NCBI GenBank assembly: GCA_964345075.1
Contig: CAYFPS010000011.1
Coordinates: forward strand, 13,156 to 77,155
Reading direction: 5' to 3'
From: an uncultured Bacteroidaceae bacterium
GTDB lineage: Bacteria > CAIWAD01
DNA length: 64,000 nucleotides
The notes below the pieces were generated by a model. That model was not told the origin of the DNA. It searched no databases and saw only the letters and a program-made list of their open reading frames with translations. A program made the translations under genes and the position numbers. Below, one piece after another: positions 39,470 to 50,800 of this stretch; position 1 is the first letter of the stretch, and each line of letters starts with the position of its first letter.

Positions 39470-41728
39470 CTATTTCAGGAGCAGGGCCTTGGATGTATCA
39501 CGCCAGTTCCCGGCTTCAATCGTGTAGAAGTATACGCCAGCAGGCAGCTGATCGGCGGACCAGCTAATCGAATGTGTTCCCGGGCCCATCAGTCCAAGGG
39601 CTTCGTCATGAACCCGCCTCCCCGACAGATCGTGCACCAGAAAGCGCACGGGCGAGGCAGTTCTTTGCTTCCAGTTGATTGTCGTTGAAGGATTGAAGGG
39701 GTTGGGATGATTGGGTAGAAGTTCAAAAGCAGCCGGAGCGGCGGTATCAACACCGATGGTGATTTCGCCCAGCTGCAGGCTGAAAGGATGGCTCTCACCA
39801 AAACCGGCAAAATCAGCGACAATCCAGTAGATGCCAGCTGGCAGGCCGATTGCTTCCAGCGCTTCGCCATCCGGACCTGCCCCCAGCTCGTTTTGGGCCA
39901 GACCACAGCTGCCCACAGGGTTTGCACAGTCACCATAGACCAGAATCACCTCATCGGCATCGCCTTCGCCAGTCAGTTCGACAAGCAGATTGGTCGCATC
40001 AGTCAGCTCCACCCTGAAGACCTGGTCCAGTCCGGGACTGCTGATCTCATTCGGGCAGCTGCTCCCGTCCACATGGGCCATTGAGGGAGCTTGTTCAACA
40101 TCGATCGAGTAGGTCCCTTCCAGAACGCCGATATCCGTGTAATCGCTGCACATTTCGCCCTCTGGCAGCTGGGCTGTTAAGGACAGCGCGTAATTCTGTG
40201 CCTCTGGAAGATCACCGGGCGCGTTGTGTGTGACAACCACGAAGTAGCTGCCGGCCGGCAGCAGTTCCACACTCAAGGTTTCGGGGTGGCAGGCCGGGGC
40301 ATCATCCACTGCATGGAGCACGGCGCCGTCCGTGGCGAAGTCCGTGATGTAGAGGGCGGCATCCAGCGCGTCTACATCGCAATGAAGCTCCAGAGCCATG
40401 GCGCTTTCAAGTTCGAGCAGGAACCAGTCCTGATCGCGCTCTCCGCCCTCGGCCCAGAGCGTTCCACAGACGAGATCGCCGGGCTGTATCACATCATAGC
40501 TTGAATTGGGCGGATCAGCACTCCAGCCTTCATTGGGCTCCACCTCGGGCTGGCCATCACAGCTGATTGCCTCGTGACCGGCGCAGGGGTCGCCACTGCA
40601 GGCAAGCTCCAGAGAATAGTCGATGGCTGTCAGACCGGAGGGTTCCGATCCGTGATCCACCACGATGTAATAGCTGCCTGAGGGAAGGGCTTCCACGCTG
40701 AAGGATTCGTTGTAACACGCGGGCAGGCCGTTTGCTTCTGCAAGCTGGGCACCATCCACTGCCTGCTCCATCAATCTTAGTCTGCCGTCAAAACCGCTGA
40801 CAGTAAGATTCACTTCGATGTTACCACCAAAGTGCGTGTAGAGGTACCAGTCGCCTGTTGTATCACCGTCTTCAAGTGTGCCGCAGATCAGCTCTCCACA
40901 GCGCAGGAGAGTGTGGCTGCCATCTTCCCAGCCCTGATTCGGCTCTGTTTCCGGCAGACCGACACAGTCTATGGCATCACATTCCGCTGGAGGATAGATG
41001 GAAATGGCTACTTCGTCTTCAAGCTGCAAGCCCGCGCCATTCAATCCGATTTGCAGGCCAACGGTGCCGGACTCATTTTCAACACCGACCGTAGCTGAGT
41101 TTACCCCACCCGGATCCAGATCCAGATACTGGAATGTGATCACGCCGAAAGGGCTCAGGATGGCCTGAAAACTGTGATGCTGCGAGTTGTTGTCGTAGCG
41201 GGGAACATCATCCCATTCGATGATGAAGAGATTGCGCTCCTCGTCATGCCAGGTCAGAATCGCGCCGCCCGCGTCAATCAGGATATCGTCCCACATCGGG
41301 CAGATGCAGTTGTTGGGCTGCACTGTCGAAGGAATGTTCGTGTTGATCCAGACCAGACCGTTGCCGTCAAAGGTCATGTAACCGTTGGTGGAGACCATGA
41401 TGCTGCTGTATTCATTCCCGTAAAAGGGAAAGGACCAGGGCAGATTCACTGTTTCCGCATCATCCAGTCCGCTCAGATTAAGCTGATCGCCAACCTGGTT
41501 GATTTCGATCCAGTCGAATTCGGGGCCGCCGGCCGTGCTGTTGCTGATCCAGAAATAGCCGAAACTGTCCGGCCCGCCACTGTCCCGTGTATCACGAAGG
41601 CTGGCCTCTTGCTGAATGTCGCTACTGTCAGGTGCAGGATCCCCCGGGCGTGCAGTGGCCGGGTGGATAATGGTCAATGTCGCCAGAGTGAGGCCGACCG
41701 GGCAAAGGCGTGAAAAGCGATGCTTCAT
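39470..41728 (-). CDS. T9SS cargo protein A (752 aa): one NIDO-like module, two PPC-like Cys modules, Por_Secre_tail CTD
   Basis: Signal peptide MKHRFSRLCPVGLTLATLTIIHPATA. GGPDSFGYFWISNS..GPEFDWIEI..VSTNGYMTFDGNG..CPMWDDIL..GG.I.. (NIDO-like). Two EPN..W..D.DWY-type modules. C-terminus LLPNHPNPFNPSTTINW...KALLLK. Confidence 0.8.
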   Translation of the reverse strand: MKHRFSRLCPVGLTLATLTIIHPATARPGDPAPDSSDIQQEASLRDTRDSGGPDSFGYFWISNSTAGGPEFDWIEINQVGDQLNLSGLDDAETVNLPWSFPFYGNEYSSIMVSTNGYMTFDGNGLVWINTNIPSTVQPNNCICPMWDDILIDAGGAILTWHDEERNLFIIEWDDVPRYDNNSQHHSFQAILSPFGVITFQYLDLDPGGVNSATVGVENESGTVGLQIGLNGAGLQLEDEVAISIYPPAECDAIDCVGLPETEPNQGWEDGSHTLLRCGELICGTLEDGDTTGDWYLYTHFGGNIEVNLTVSGFDGRLRLMEQAVDGAQLAEANGLPACYNESFSVEALPSGSYYIVVDHGSEPSGLTAIDYSLELACSGDPCAGHEAISCDGQPEVEPNEGWSADPPNSSYDVIQPGDLVCGTLWAEGGERDQDWFLLELESAMALELHCDVDALDAALYITDFATDGAVLHAVDDAPACHPETLSVELLPAGSYFVVVTHNAPGDLPEAQNYALSLTAQLPEGEMCSDYTDIGVLEGTYSIDVEQAPSMAHVDGSSCPNEISSPGLDQVFRVELTDATNLLVELTGEGDADEVILVYGDCANPVGSCGLAQNELGAGPDGEALEAIGLPAGIYWIVADFAGFGESHPFSLQLGEITIGVDTAAPAAFELLPNHPNPFNPSTTINWKQRTASPVRFLVHDLSGRRVHDEALGLMGPGTHSISWSADQLPAGVYFYTIEAGNWRDTSKALLLK

Positions 41729-41751
41729 GCAAACTCCATGCTTGGGAGCTT

Positions 41752-41787
41752 CAAAGTAAAAGAAAAGGGTGACCCTTGGGCCACCCT
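41752..41787 (-). terminator. Intrinsic terminator after T9SS gene B
   Basis: Minus-strand hairpin aagggtggcc-caag-ggtcaccctt followed by ttcttttac. Confidence 0.55.
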
Positions 41788-41810
41788 TGATTGTCTAAAT
41801 CCAGCTGCTA

Positions 41811-44800
41811 CTACTTAAGCAGCACGGCCTTGCGCGTCGCCTGCCACTCGCCGCTTGACAGCGTGTATACATAGACGCCGCTGGGCAAGCTCGCTGCATT
41901 CCATGTGAAAGTATGGCTCCCCGGGCCGCGCAGCCCGAGATCTTCCTGCATCACACGCTCACCCTTCAGGTTGTAAATGCTGATTTCAGCCTTTGCCATT
42001 TCGGGCTGAATCCACTGCACGGTCGTGACCGGGTTGAAGGGATTGGGATAGTTCTGCCTGAGTTCGAAACTGAGCTCGCGCCCTTCCAGCAGGCCGCTGT
42101 TCATGTCGATCACCTGCATCACAAAGGGGTGACTTTCACCGTATCCGGCAAAGTCCGCCACCAGCCAGTAATCACCGGCAGGCAGACCCATGAACTCAAG
42201 CACTTCGCCTTCGGTGCCGGGGCCGTGATCGTTTGCGGCAGCACCACAGCTGATCGCGGGCGTCGCGCAGTTGCCAACCAGCAGAATCACTTCGTCGGCA
42301 TTGCCTTCGCCAGTCATGGCCACATGCAGGTCCATCGGTTCGGCCAGCACCACACGCAGCGTGTAATCCAGACCCGGGCTGGAAACATCACCCGGGCAGC
42401 CGGTGCCGCTGTGATGTGCGTACTCGGGCGCCGTGTCCGCGACCACCGTCCAGATGTCGTGGAAGTCGGGCACATCTTCGTAACCGTCACACATGTCCTG
42501 CGTGGGCAGGCTGCCGGAGACGGTCAGCGCATAGGCCTGCTCCTCGGGCACGCCGTTCATCTCGTTGTGGCCGATCACGATGAAGTAACTGCCAGCGGGC
42601 AGGGACTCAACCGAAATGCTTTCCGGGTGACAGGCCGGCGCGTCGTCCACCTCGTAAAGTACGCCGCCTTCAGGATTCATGTCCGTGATGAAGAGGGCTG
42701 CATCAAAGCCGTCAATTTCGCAGGAGACCACCAGCTCGGTCGCACTTTCCAGCTCCAGCAAGAACCAGTCCATGTCACGCTCGCCGGCATCGGCCCAGAC
42801 CGTACCACAAATGGTTTCGTCCAGAGCGATCACGCCATAGTTGCTGTTGGGCGGATCGGCGTTCCAGCCTTCGTTGGGTTCGGCTTCTGCCGTGCCACTG
42901 CAGTCGATGGGCTCGTGTCCGGCGCAGGGATCGCCCGAGCAGTTCAGCATCAGGGCATAACTCTGCGGGCCTTCCAGATCCGGATCACCGTCATGCTCCA
43001 CAACGATGTAATAGGAACCACTCTCCAGCTCGCTCAAGCTGAAGGCTTCGCCGAAGCAGCGCGGGAAGGTGTTGGCATCGGCCAGGATATCACCGCCCGG
43101 CGCACTTTCGCGCAGTGTGAGACGGGCATCAAAGTCGCTCACATCCACGATGACTTCGATGTTGCCGCCAAAGTGGGTGTAGAGGTACCAGTCGCTGTCG
43201 GTTGTGGTGCCGTCGCTTTCCAGTTCGCCACAGATCACATCGGCACAGCGAATGCTGTTGTAGCTACCGTCTTCCCAGCCCTGATTGGGCTCTACCTCGA
43301 CGATGCCCGTGCAATCAACCGGCTCACAGCTGGACTGGGGCAGATAGACCACCATCGTCTCGTCGGCCACGGAGCCGCCTTCACCCTGATAGCGATAACC
43401 CAGACCACCGGAAGCGTCTGCATTCTCGATACCGACATTGGCATTGGCCACATCGCTCTGATCCATTTCATCATAGGCAACTTCGATGATGCCGCTGGGA
43501 TAAAGGATGATCTCAAAGGTGAAGGGACCGCCCGAGCTGTAAGCCATGATGCCGTCGAACTGCACGATGAAGCGCTGCTCGTCTTCATCGTACTCGTAAT
43601 ACACGGTGCCGCCATTGTTCGGATTCAGGTCGTCCCAGAAGGGAGCGATCATGTTGTCCGGCGACCAGCCATCCCCATTGTAGAAGGGAATCGGGTTGGT
43701 GCTCCAGTAGCCTGTGTAACCCTGACCGAAGCTGATGTAACCGTTTGAAGCGATGTAGACTTCTGACTCGATGCCACCATACCAGGGGAAGTCGAAACCG
43801 ATATCGAAGGGACCATCGAAACTGTCGTCGCTCAAGGACGCAGCACTTCCACTGCCACTGATATCAACCCACTCGAAATCGGGACCAGTAGGATGATCGC
43901 TATTGACCCACGTGTAGCCATAGGCATCGGGGCCGCCGAAGCTGGGCGGACTGCCCCAGTAGCCGCTGTCCGTGTTGGAGGGATCCGACTCGCCCGCGTC
44001 GAAACTGGCGGTCACGTGATAATCATAGATGACATCCGCTTCCGAATCGTAGGAGCTGTCATCGGTGAAGTTCAGGCCCGTGGTCGTGGCAATCAATTCG
44101 CCATCACGGTAGACATTGTACTCGATGAAGACACGCTCATTCAGGTGGAAGATCTCGTTCACCCGGTTGACGGCTTCGTCCTTGCTCAAGCCGCGCTGCT
44201 GCAGCAGGTAAATGGCTTCTGTATCACAGGAGGGCGACACGCCGCCAAACCAGCGGGCCAACAGTCCGGGATTGACAGGTGGCATCCAGCTCAGGCCCGT
44301 ATACGACAGGAAGCCATCCGTTGCCACCAGCCCAACCGGCGGCCAGGTGTAACTGACAATGTTGAAGCTGTACGTCGGTGATACACGCGTGTTGGCGTTT
44401 TCCGAATTGTCCGTTGCCTCAACCCACCAGCTGATCATGCTGCCGGCATCCTGGTGGGGAATGTCCCCCTCGTATGTATCACCGCCAGCATTGTCCATGG
44501 CAACTTCCTGCGAAGCGCCACCGTTGATCTGATAAAACAGGCTGACCGAATCGATACCGGTCAGGTCGGTGATCTCGGCGGAAATGGTGTAATCGCCTTC
44601 CAGCTCGGTTTCCATGTCCACAGGCAGATCGTTCAGCACAATCATCGGAGGCTGGAAATCCCCTTCAAGGGCTTCCACACGAATGGCCAGTTCATCCACC
44701 AGCGCACCACCATCGCCATTGTAGTTGACCAGCAGGCCAATGGTGCCGTCACTGTTCTCGATACCAACCGTGGCAAAGGCCAGAGCGCCTTCTTCCAGGT

Positions 44801-47684
44801 CCAGATACTGGAAGTCCATGTCACCAGTGGGATGGAGGATGGCCTGGAAGGTCTGGTGCCAACCGTTGTTCTGATAAAGCGGAACTGCGTCCCACTGGAC
44901 AATGAAGCGATCATTATCGGTGTCGTGATACGAATAGACGCCACCTCCGGCTCCCAGATTGTAGTCATCCCACATCGGGTAAATGGAATCATTGGGCTCG
45001 AAGCCATCAGGGATCGATCCGTTGGTCCAGGCCAGACCATTGATGCCAAAGGTCATGTAGCCGTTGGACGAAACCGTGATAGTCGTGTAGGTCCAGTCGT
45101 AGAAGGGGAACTGCCAGGGCAGGTCGATGGTGACCATGTCGTCCAGGCTGAAGAGGCCCAGGTTGGTGCCCACATCGCTGATCTCAACCCAGTCGAAGGT
45201 CGGGCCTTCGGGGTCATGGCTGTTCGTCCAGGCATAGCCCATCTCATCCGGGCCACCGCTTGTCGGGCGGGCGCCACGCGATCCGGTGTCGCTATTGGAA
45301 AGATCCGACTCACCGGCATCAAACTGAGCCGTGACATGATAGCTGTACTCGACATTGGGGTCGGCCCCGCCGCCGGGCAGGTCGTAATAGATCGGATCGC
45401 TGGTCGTCCCGATCAGGACATCATCACGGTAGACATTGTAATTCAGGAAGGAGCGCTCACCGCCCTCTGCCAGCAGTTCCAGCCAGATGGCCTTGGCCTC
45501 TTCGCGGTCAAGCCCGTGCTCGCGGGTCAGGCGCAGCATGGCTTCATCAAAACTGTTGGGCATTTCCGTGCCGAACCAGCGGGCTGCCAGTAGCGGCTCG
45601 ACCGGGGCAAACCAGGTGATCAGGCAGTAATCCAGCAGGCCGTCGCTGGCGACAAGCCCAAAGGGCGGCCAGGTGTAGCTGACCACTTCAAAGGAATAGT
45701 TGGCTGTAACACGAAGGTTCTGGCGTTCGCTGGTATCCACCGCCTCGATGCGCCACACGATCAGGCTGCCCATTTCCTGATGGGGAATGCCTGCCTCGTA
45801 TGTATCACCGTCCGTGTTCGTCATGACGACTTCAAACTCTTCGCCATTGTTCACGCGGTAGAACAGGCTGGCGGAGCCTACACCGGTGTCATCGGTAATG
45901 GTGGCTTCCACCATGTGATCACCGGGCAGCTCGGCTTCAACGGTCTCGGGCAGATTGGTGAAGCTGACGATGGGGGCCAGGAAGTCGCCGTCCAGCTGAC
46001 CGAAGAGGATGGCCGTGCCGTCTGCCAGGATGCCGCCCTCGCCATTGTAGTTGTACTCGAGGCCTATTGTGCCGTCCATGTTCTCGATGCCCACGCTTGC
46101 GCCCAGCAGGTCACCTTCGTCCAGATCCTGATGAACAATGATGATCTGGCCGCTTTCATAGAGCTGCGCTTCAAAGGAGAAGGGCACGCTGCCACCAAAG
46201 GCCGGAACCTGTTCGAACTGCACAATGAAGGCGCCACTGCTTTCGTCAAGACCGTAATACACGCTGCCGCCGGAACTGGGGTTCATGTCGTCCCAGAACA
46301 TGGCGATCATGTCGTTGGGCGTGCTTGTGCTGGGCATGATTGTGTTACCCAGACTTCCACTTCCCACACCAAAAGAGATGAAACCGTTGGAGCCGATGTA
46401 GAGCTCGTCCCAGGTGTTCTCGTAGAAGGGGAAGGTAAAGCCGATATCGACCGGCCCGAAACTGCTGTCGTCGGAAAGCCCGGCGATTTCGCCGGTGGCA
46501 CTGATATCGATCCACTCGACTCCGGGGCCTTCGGGATCCAGACTGTTCATCCAGGCATAACCCATTTCGTCCGGTCCTCCGGCCGTCGGGCGACCGGGTG
46601 TGGGATCGATGCTGACTTCATAGTCACCAACCTGTGTCCCCTCGTCGCCGATCAGCAGGTGATAGCTTCCGGCGGCCAGATTGAGCTCGCGCATACGCGC
46701 GGCGCCGGGCATGATGCTGCAGTCGCTCCAGCCCTGTGAGGCCACCAGCATGCCACCGTCGCAGGGATCGCCATCAAAGAGGTAGAGATCCAGGGCGTAG
46801 CTGGTACCGGAGAAGCAGGCGTCAAAATCATAGAAGCCGTCTTCCTCAATGGTGACGATGTAGCCGTGATCAGCGCCATCACCGCCAACCACACTCACGC
46901 CATCCGCATTGTTGCCAATCAGGAGCGCGGGCGCTGTAACGGTGGCCTCCGGGGCGTACTCTTCACAGGGCGTGAGGCACTCATCATCGCTGAAGGTCAC
47001 GGTCAGGTCGTAGTTACCACTGTCGCCGCCATAGGCATCGATCACCAGATAGTAGGTGCCGGCCTGCAGGCAGCAGGGAGGCAGATCGGACGACCAGTTT
47101 GCACAGTCAGCGCCATCGTCATTGGCGGCAATCAGCACCATGTTTTCATCAAAGATGCCGATGCAGCTGTCATAGTCGGCCGTGTTACAAACACTGGCCG
47201 CAACCTCGTAGGAAGCCTCCAGCGTAAAGGTGTACCAGGCGTCGGGACCGTCGAAACTGCTTGTGGTATAGAAGCTGCTGTTGCATTCAGTCGGTGTGGC
47301 CTGACCAACCGGAACCGTGTCGCTGAAACCGACAGTCGTTCCCGTATCCGTAAAACTGCCGCCTGCGGCAAAGGTGATTTCCACCGCGTCTTCCGGTGTA
47401 TCACCGCCATCGCGCTGATTCTGCTGTGTTACACCGCGATTTGGAAATAGTCGATCCTTCAGCCATTCCGGCGCGGGCTGGCCGATCGACTTGTAATAGG
47501 CGTAGAGAGCCTGATCATCAACCGTCGCGGGAAGTCCCAGTTCAGCCTTGAGGCTGTTCAGTGATACACCGCCTGCATCGGCTTTTTGCTGCAGCTCGAC
47601 CTCGCTCAAAGCGAGCGCGCTGGATGCACCAAGCAGGAGACCGCCTGCGATCGCGGGCAGCCATCGAGAACTAACGTTGTACAT
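41811..47684 (-). CDS. T9SS cargo protein B (1957 aa): two N-terminal PPC-like modules, three [NIDO-like + Ig-like + Fn3-like] repeats, two PPC-like modules, Por_Secre_tail CTD
   Basis: Signal peptide MYNVSSRWLPAIAGGLLLGASSALA. Three repeats of ..RPT.GGPD.MGYAW.NS.DP.GP...W..IS..G ... SSNG[FY].[ST]FG ... [PM][FM]WDD.NP..GG.VYY ... RFIVQ[FW]. C-terminus NYPNPFNPVTTVQW...KAVLLK. Confidence 0.85.
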   Translation of the reverse strand: MYNVSSRWLPAIAGGLLLGASSALALSEVELQQKADAGGVSLNSLKAELGLPATVDDQALYAYYKSIGQPAPEWLKDRLFPNRGVTQQNQRDGGDTPEDAVEITFAAGGSFTDTGTTVGFSDTVPVGQATPTECNSSFYTTSSFDGPDAWYTFTLEASYEVAASVCNTADYDSCIGIFDENMVLIAANDDGADCANWSSDLPPCCLQAGTYYLVIDAYGGDSGNYDLTVTFSDDECLTPCEEYAPEATVTAPALLIGNNADGVSVVGGDGADHGYIVTIEEDGFYDFDACFSGTSYALDLYLFDGDPCDGGMLVASQGWSDCSIMPGAARMRELNLAAGSYHLLIGDEGTQVGDYEVSIDPTPGRPTAGGPDEMGYAWMNSLDPEGPGVEWIDISATGEIAGLSDDSSFGPVDIGFTFPFYENTWDELYIGSNGFISFGVGSGSLGNTIMPSTSTPNDMIAMFWDDMNPSSGGSVYYGLDESSGAFIVQFEQVPAFGGSVPFSFEAQLYESGQIIIVHQDLDEGDLLGASVGIENMDGTIGLEYNYNGEGGILADGTAILFGQLDGDFLAPIVSFTNLPETVEAELPGDHMVEATITDDTGVGSASLFYRVNNGEEFEVVMTNTDGDTYEAGIPHQEMGSLIVWRIEAVDTSERQNLRVTANYSFEVVSYTWPPFGLVASDGLLDYCLITWFAPVEPLLAARWFGTEMPNSFDEAMLRLTREHGLDREEAKAIWLELLAEGGERSFLNYNVYRDDVLIGTTSDPIYYDLPGGGADPNVEYSYHVTAQFDAGESDLSNSDTGSRGARPTSGGPDEMGYAWTNSHDPEGPTFDWVEISDVGTNLGLFSLDDMVTIDLPWQFPFYDWTYTTITVSSNGYMTFGINGLAWTNGSIPDGFEPNDSIYPMWDDYNLGAGGGVYSYHDTDNDRFIVQWDAVPLYQNNGWHQTFQAILHPTGDMDFQYLDLEEGALAFATVGIENSDGTIGLLVNYNGDGGALVDELAIRVEALEGDFQPPMIVLNDLPVDMETELEGDYTISAEITDLTGIDSVSLFYQINGGASQEVAMDNAGGDTYEGDIPHQDAGSMISWWVEATDNSENANTRVSPTYSFNIVSYTWPPVGLVATDGFLSYTGLSWMPPVNPGLLARWFGGVSPSCDTEAIYLLQQRGLSKDEAVNRVNEIFHLNERVFIEYNVYRDGELIATTTGLNFTDDSSYDSEADVIYDYHVTASFDAGESDPSNTDSGYWGSPPSFGGPDAYGYTWVNSDHPTGPDFEWVDISGSGSAASLSDDSFDGPFDIGFDFPWYGGIESEVYIASNGYISFGQGYTGYWSTNPIPFYNGDGWSPDNMIAPFWDDLNPNNGGTVYYEYDEDEQRFIVQFDGIMAYSSGGPFTFEIILYPSGIIEVAYDEMDQSDVANANVGIENADASGGLGYRYQGEGGSVADETMVVYLPQSSCEPVDCTGIVEVEPNQGWEDGSYNSIRCADVICGELESDGTTTDSDWYLYTHFGGNIEVIVDVSDFDARLTLRESAPGGDILADANTFPRCFGEAFSLSELESGSYYIVVEHDGDPDLEGPQSYALMLNCSGDPCAGHEPIDCSGTAEAEPNEGWNADPPNSNYGVIALDETICGTVWADAGERDMDWFLLELESATELVVSCEIDGFDAALFITDMNPEGGVLYEVDDAPACHPESISVESLPAGSYFIVIGHNEMNGVPEEQAYALTVSGSLPTQDMCDGYEDVPDFHDIWTVVADTAPEYAHHSGTGCPGDVSSPGLDYTLRVVLAEPMDLHVAMTGEGNADEVILLVGNCATPAISCGAAANDHGPGTEGEVLEFMGLPAGDYWLVADFAGYGESHPFVMQVIDMNSGLLEGRELSFELRQNYPNPFNPVTTVQWIQPEMAKAEISIYNLKGERVMQEDLGLRGPGSHTFTWNAASLPSGVYVYTLSSGEWQATRKAVLLK

Positions 47685-47787
47685 AGGGGCTCCTATTTAG
47701 CCTGAGGCCAGATTCTTGGCAGGTTCCGCTTGCAGCTTACAAAGTGGGGGGCGTTGATTCGAGGAAAAAACCACTATACAGCAGCTT

Positions 47788-47828
47788 TAACAATGAAAGG
47801 GGCGGCCCTCGTGAATGGACCGCCCCTT
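47788..47828 (-). terminator. Intrinsic terminator after T9SS gene C
   Basis: Minus-strand hairpin aaggggcggtcc-attcacga-gggccgcccctt followed by tcattgtt. Confidence 0.5.
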
Positions 47829-47854
47829 GCTTGAATGCGATTGCTTGGGCTGAA

Positions 47855-50800
47855 TTACTTCAGCAGCACGGCCTTCTTTGTATCAACGTGGGCTCCGACT
47901 TTCAGCGTGTAAATGTACACACCACTGGAAAGGCTACTGGCATCCCACATGTAGTTGTGTGTGCCGGCATTTCGCAGACCCAGATCCTGCTGCATGACCA
48001 TTTCACCCATCAGGTTGTAGATGGCAAGCTCGGCCTTTTCCATCTCCGGTTGCGTCCAGCTGATGGACGTGACCGGGTTGAAGGGGTTCGGGTGATTCTG
48101 CTTCAGCTGGAAGCTCAGCTCGCGACCTTCTGCCAGGCTGGAGTTCATGTCGATGATCTCCATCACGAAAGGATGGGCTTCACCGTAGCCGGCAAAGTCG
48201 GCCACCAACCAGTAGTCACCGGCGGGCAGACCAGCAAAGGTCAGGGTTTCGCTCTCGGTGCCGGCGCCAAAGTCATCGACGGCCGCACCGCAGCTGATGG
48301 CAGGCGTTTCGCAGTTGCCAACCAGCAGAATGACTTCGTCAGCATTGCCGGCGCCGGTCATGGTTACCTGCAGGTCGGTCGTCTGGGAGAGCACGATGCG
48401 AACCGTGTAGTCCAGACCCGGACTGGAAACATCACCCGGGCAACCGGTACCCGAATGGTGGGCATACTGCGGGGCCGTGTCGGCCACGACGGTCCAGATA
48501 TCGTGGAAGTCGGGCACATCTTCGTAGCCTTCGCACATGTCCTGCTCGGCCAGGTTGCCGGAAACGGTCAGTGAATAGGCCTGCTCTTCGGGCACACCGT
48601 AAAGGTCGTTGTGACCGATCACGATGAAGTAGCTGCCGGAGGGCAGGGCTTCGTAACTGAGGCTTTCCGGTGCGCAGGCCGGCGCGTCGTCCACTTCCAG
48701 CAGCACGCCACCGGCGGGATCCATTTCCGTGAGGAAGAGGGCAGCATCAAAGGCATCCACCTCGCAGCTGATGGTCAGGTTGATCGCACTTTCCAGCTCC
48801 AGCAGGAACCAGTCCATGTCGCGCTCGCCGTTCTCGGCCCAGACCGTACCACAAATGGTTTCGTCCAGAGCGATCACGCCGTAGCTGCTGTTGGGCGGAT
48901 CGGCGTTCCAGCCTTCGTTGGGTTCGGCTTCCGCCGTACCTTCACAGTCGATGGGATTGTGTCCGGCACAGGGATCGCCCGAGCAGGTCAGGCTGAGCGA
49001 GTAGCTCTGCGCGCCTTCCAGATCCGGATCACCCACATGCTCGACCACGATGAAGTAGGAACCACCTTCCAGCTCCGTGACGGCAAAGGCCTCGTCAAAA
49101 CAGCGCGGGAAGACATCGGCTTCGGCAATTGTATCACCGCCGTTTTCAAACTCCACCAGACTGATGCGGCCGTCAAAGTCGCTCAGGTCGAGGCTGACTT
49201 CAATGTTGCCACCGAAGTGCGTGTAAAGGAACCAGTCGCTGTCGGTTGTGGTGCCGTCGCTTTCAAGCTCGCCGCAGATCACATCATCGCAGCGGATCAC
49301 ATTCCAGGTGTTGTCGGCCCAGCCACCATTTGGCTCGGCCTCGGCAATGCCATCACACTCAACCGGCTCGCAGTTGGAGGGCGGTGTCATGATCATGGTG
49401 ACTTCATTGCTGATCGCGCCACCTTCACCGTTCACATTGTAAGCCAGACCAATCGAGGCATCGCTGTTCTCGATACCGACCGTTGCATTTTGCAGGTCGC
49501 CGGGATACATGTCTTCCCAGCTGATCTGGATGATGCCGCTCTGGTAAAGCACGGCCTGGAAGGTGTTGGTGTATTCCGGCATGGCCAGATGGGGAACATC
49601 CTGCCACTGAATCACGACGCAGCTCTGGGCTTCGATGTATTCGTAGTAGATGACGCCGCCAACGGAGGTGTAAAGGTCATCCCAGAAGGGCGCGATCAGA
49701 TCGTTGGGATCATCGGCCGTGGGAATCGGGTCGCTCGTGTAATCGGTGCCGTCACCACCGAAGGTCAGGTAACCGTTGGAACTGACCAGCGCGCTGCTGT
49801 AAAAGCTTCCATAGAAGGGGAAGTCGAAGGGCAGGTTGATCTGACCACTTGTGTCGTCGCCGACGATCGCCAGATCCTGACCGCTACCACTGATGTCGAT
49901 CCACTCGTATTCGGGACCGGCCACATCCAGGCTGCTCACCCAGATGTAACCGAAGGCATCGGGACCGCCACTGGTGGGACGGCTGCCACGGAATCCGCTG
50001 TCCGTATTGGAAGCATCAGATTCACCACTGTCGAATTCGGCGGTCACATGGTAGTCGTACTCGACATCCTGCTCGGCGCCATCACCGGGCATGTCATAGT
50101 AGAAGAGCTCGGTCGTCGTGGCAATGTCTTCACCATCACGATAAACATGATAGGTGATGAACTCGCGGCTGGAGCCGGCCTGCATGCTTTCCCAGACTTC
50201 CAGCGCCTCGGTCTTGCTCAGGCCGTGCTCGCGGACCAGACGATCCAGCGCTTCTGTCTCACCGGCCGGCATGTCGCCACCGAACCAGGCAAGCGCCATG
50301 GTCGGCTCCACCGGAGCCATCCAGGTGATCTGCGTGTAATCCAGCAGTCCGTCGGTCGCGTCCAGTCCGAAGGGCGGCCAGGTGTAGCTGACCACTTCAA
50401 AGCTGTAGCTTTCCGTGATACGCACATTGGCCAGATCGGAAGCATCAACGGCCTCCAGCCACCAGACCACCGTGTTACCGGCATCCTGATGGGGAATCGC
50501 ACCCGTGTAGTCGTCGCCGGCCGTGTTCGTCAGCGCAACTTCAACGGCCGCGCCGCCATTCAGCGTGTAATACAAATTGGCGCTGGTCAGACCACTCTCG
50601 TCGGTGATGGTGGCTTCCACCACATAGTCACCGGTCAGTTCGGTTTCGATGGTCGTGGAAGGCATGGCGTCCAGCGTGATCAGCGGGGCAATGAAGTCGC
50701 CTTCCAGCTGCGTGAAGAGCACGGCCGTACCGTCAATGATGCTGCCGCCATCCGTGTTACAATTGTAGGAAAGACCAATGGTCCCGTCGGCATTTTCGAT

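Noticed and set aside
41913-43748. 611-aa + strand ORF (and similar 44454-45593, 45780-46739, 47744-48574, 51752-52804, 53064-56033)
   Set aside because: All are antisense to the giant minus-strand T9SS genes, with low-complexity G/A/V/R composition.
47685-47760. Sigma54 (-24/-12) promoter for the T9SS genes
   Set aside because: A CTGGC element is present but the TTGC -12 box at correct spacing is absent. An ECF-like GGAAC box fits better.
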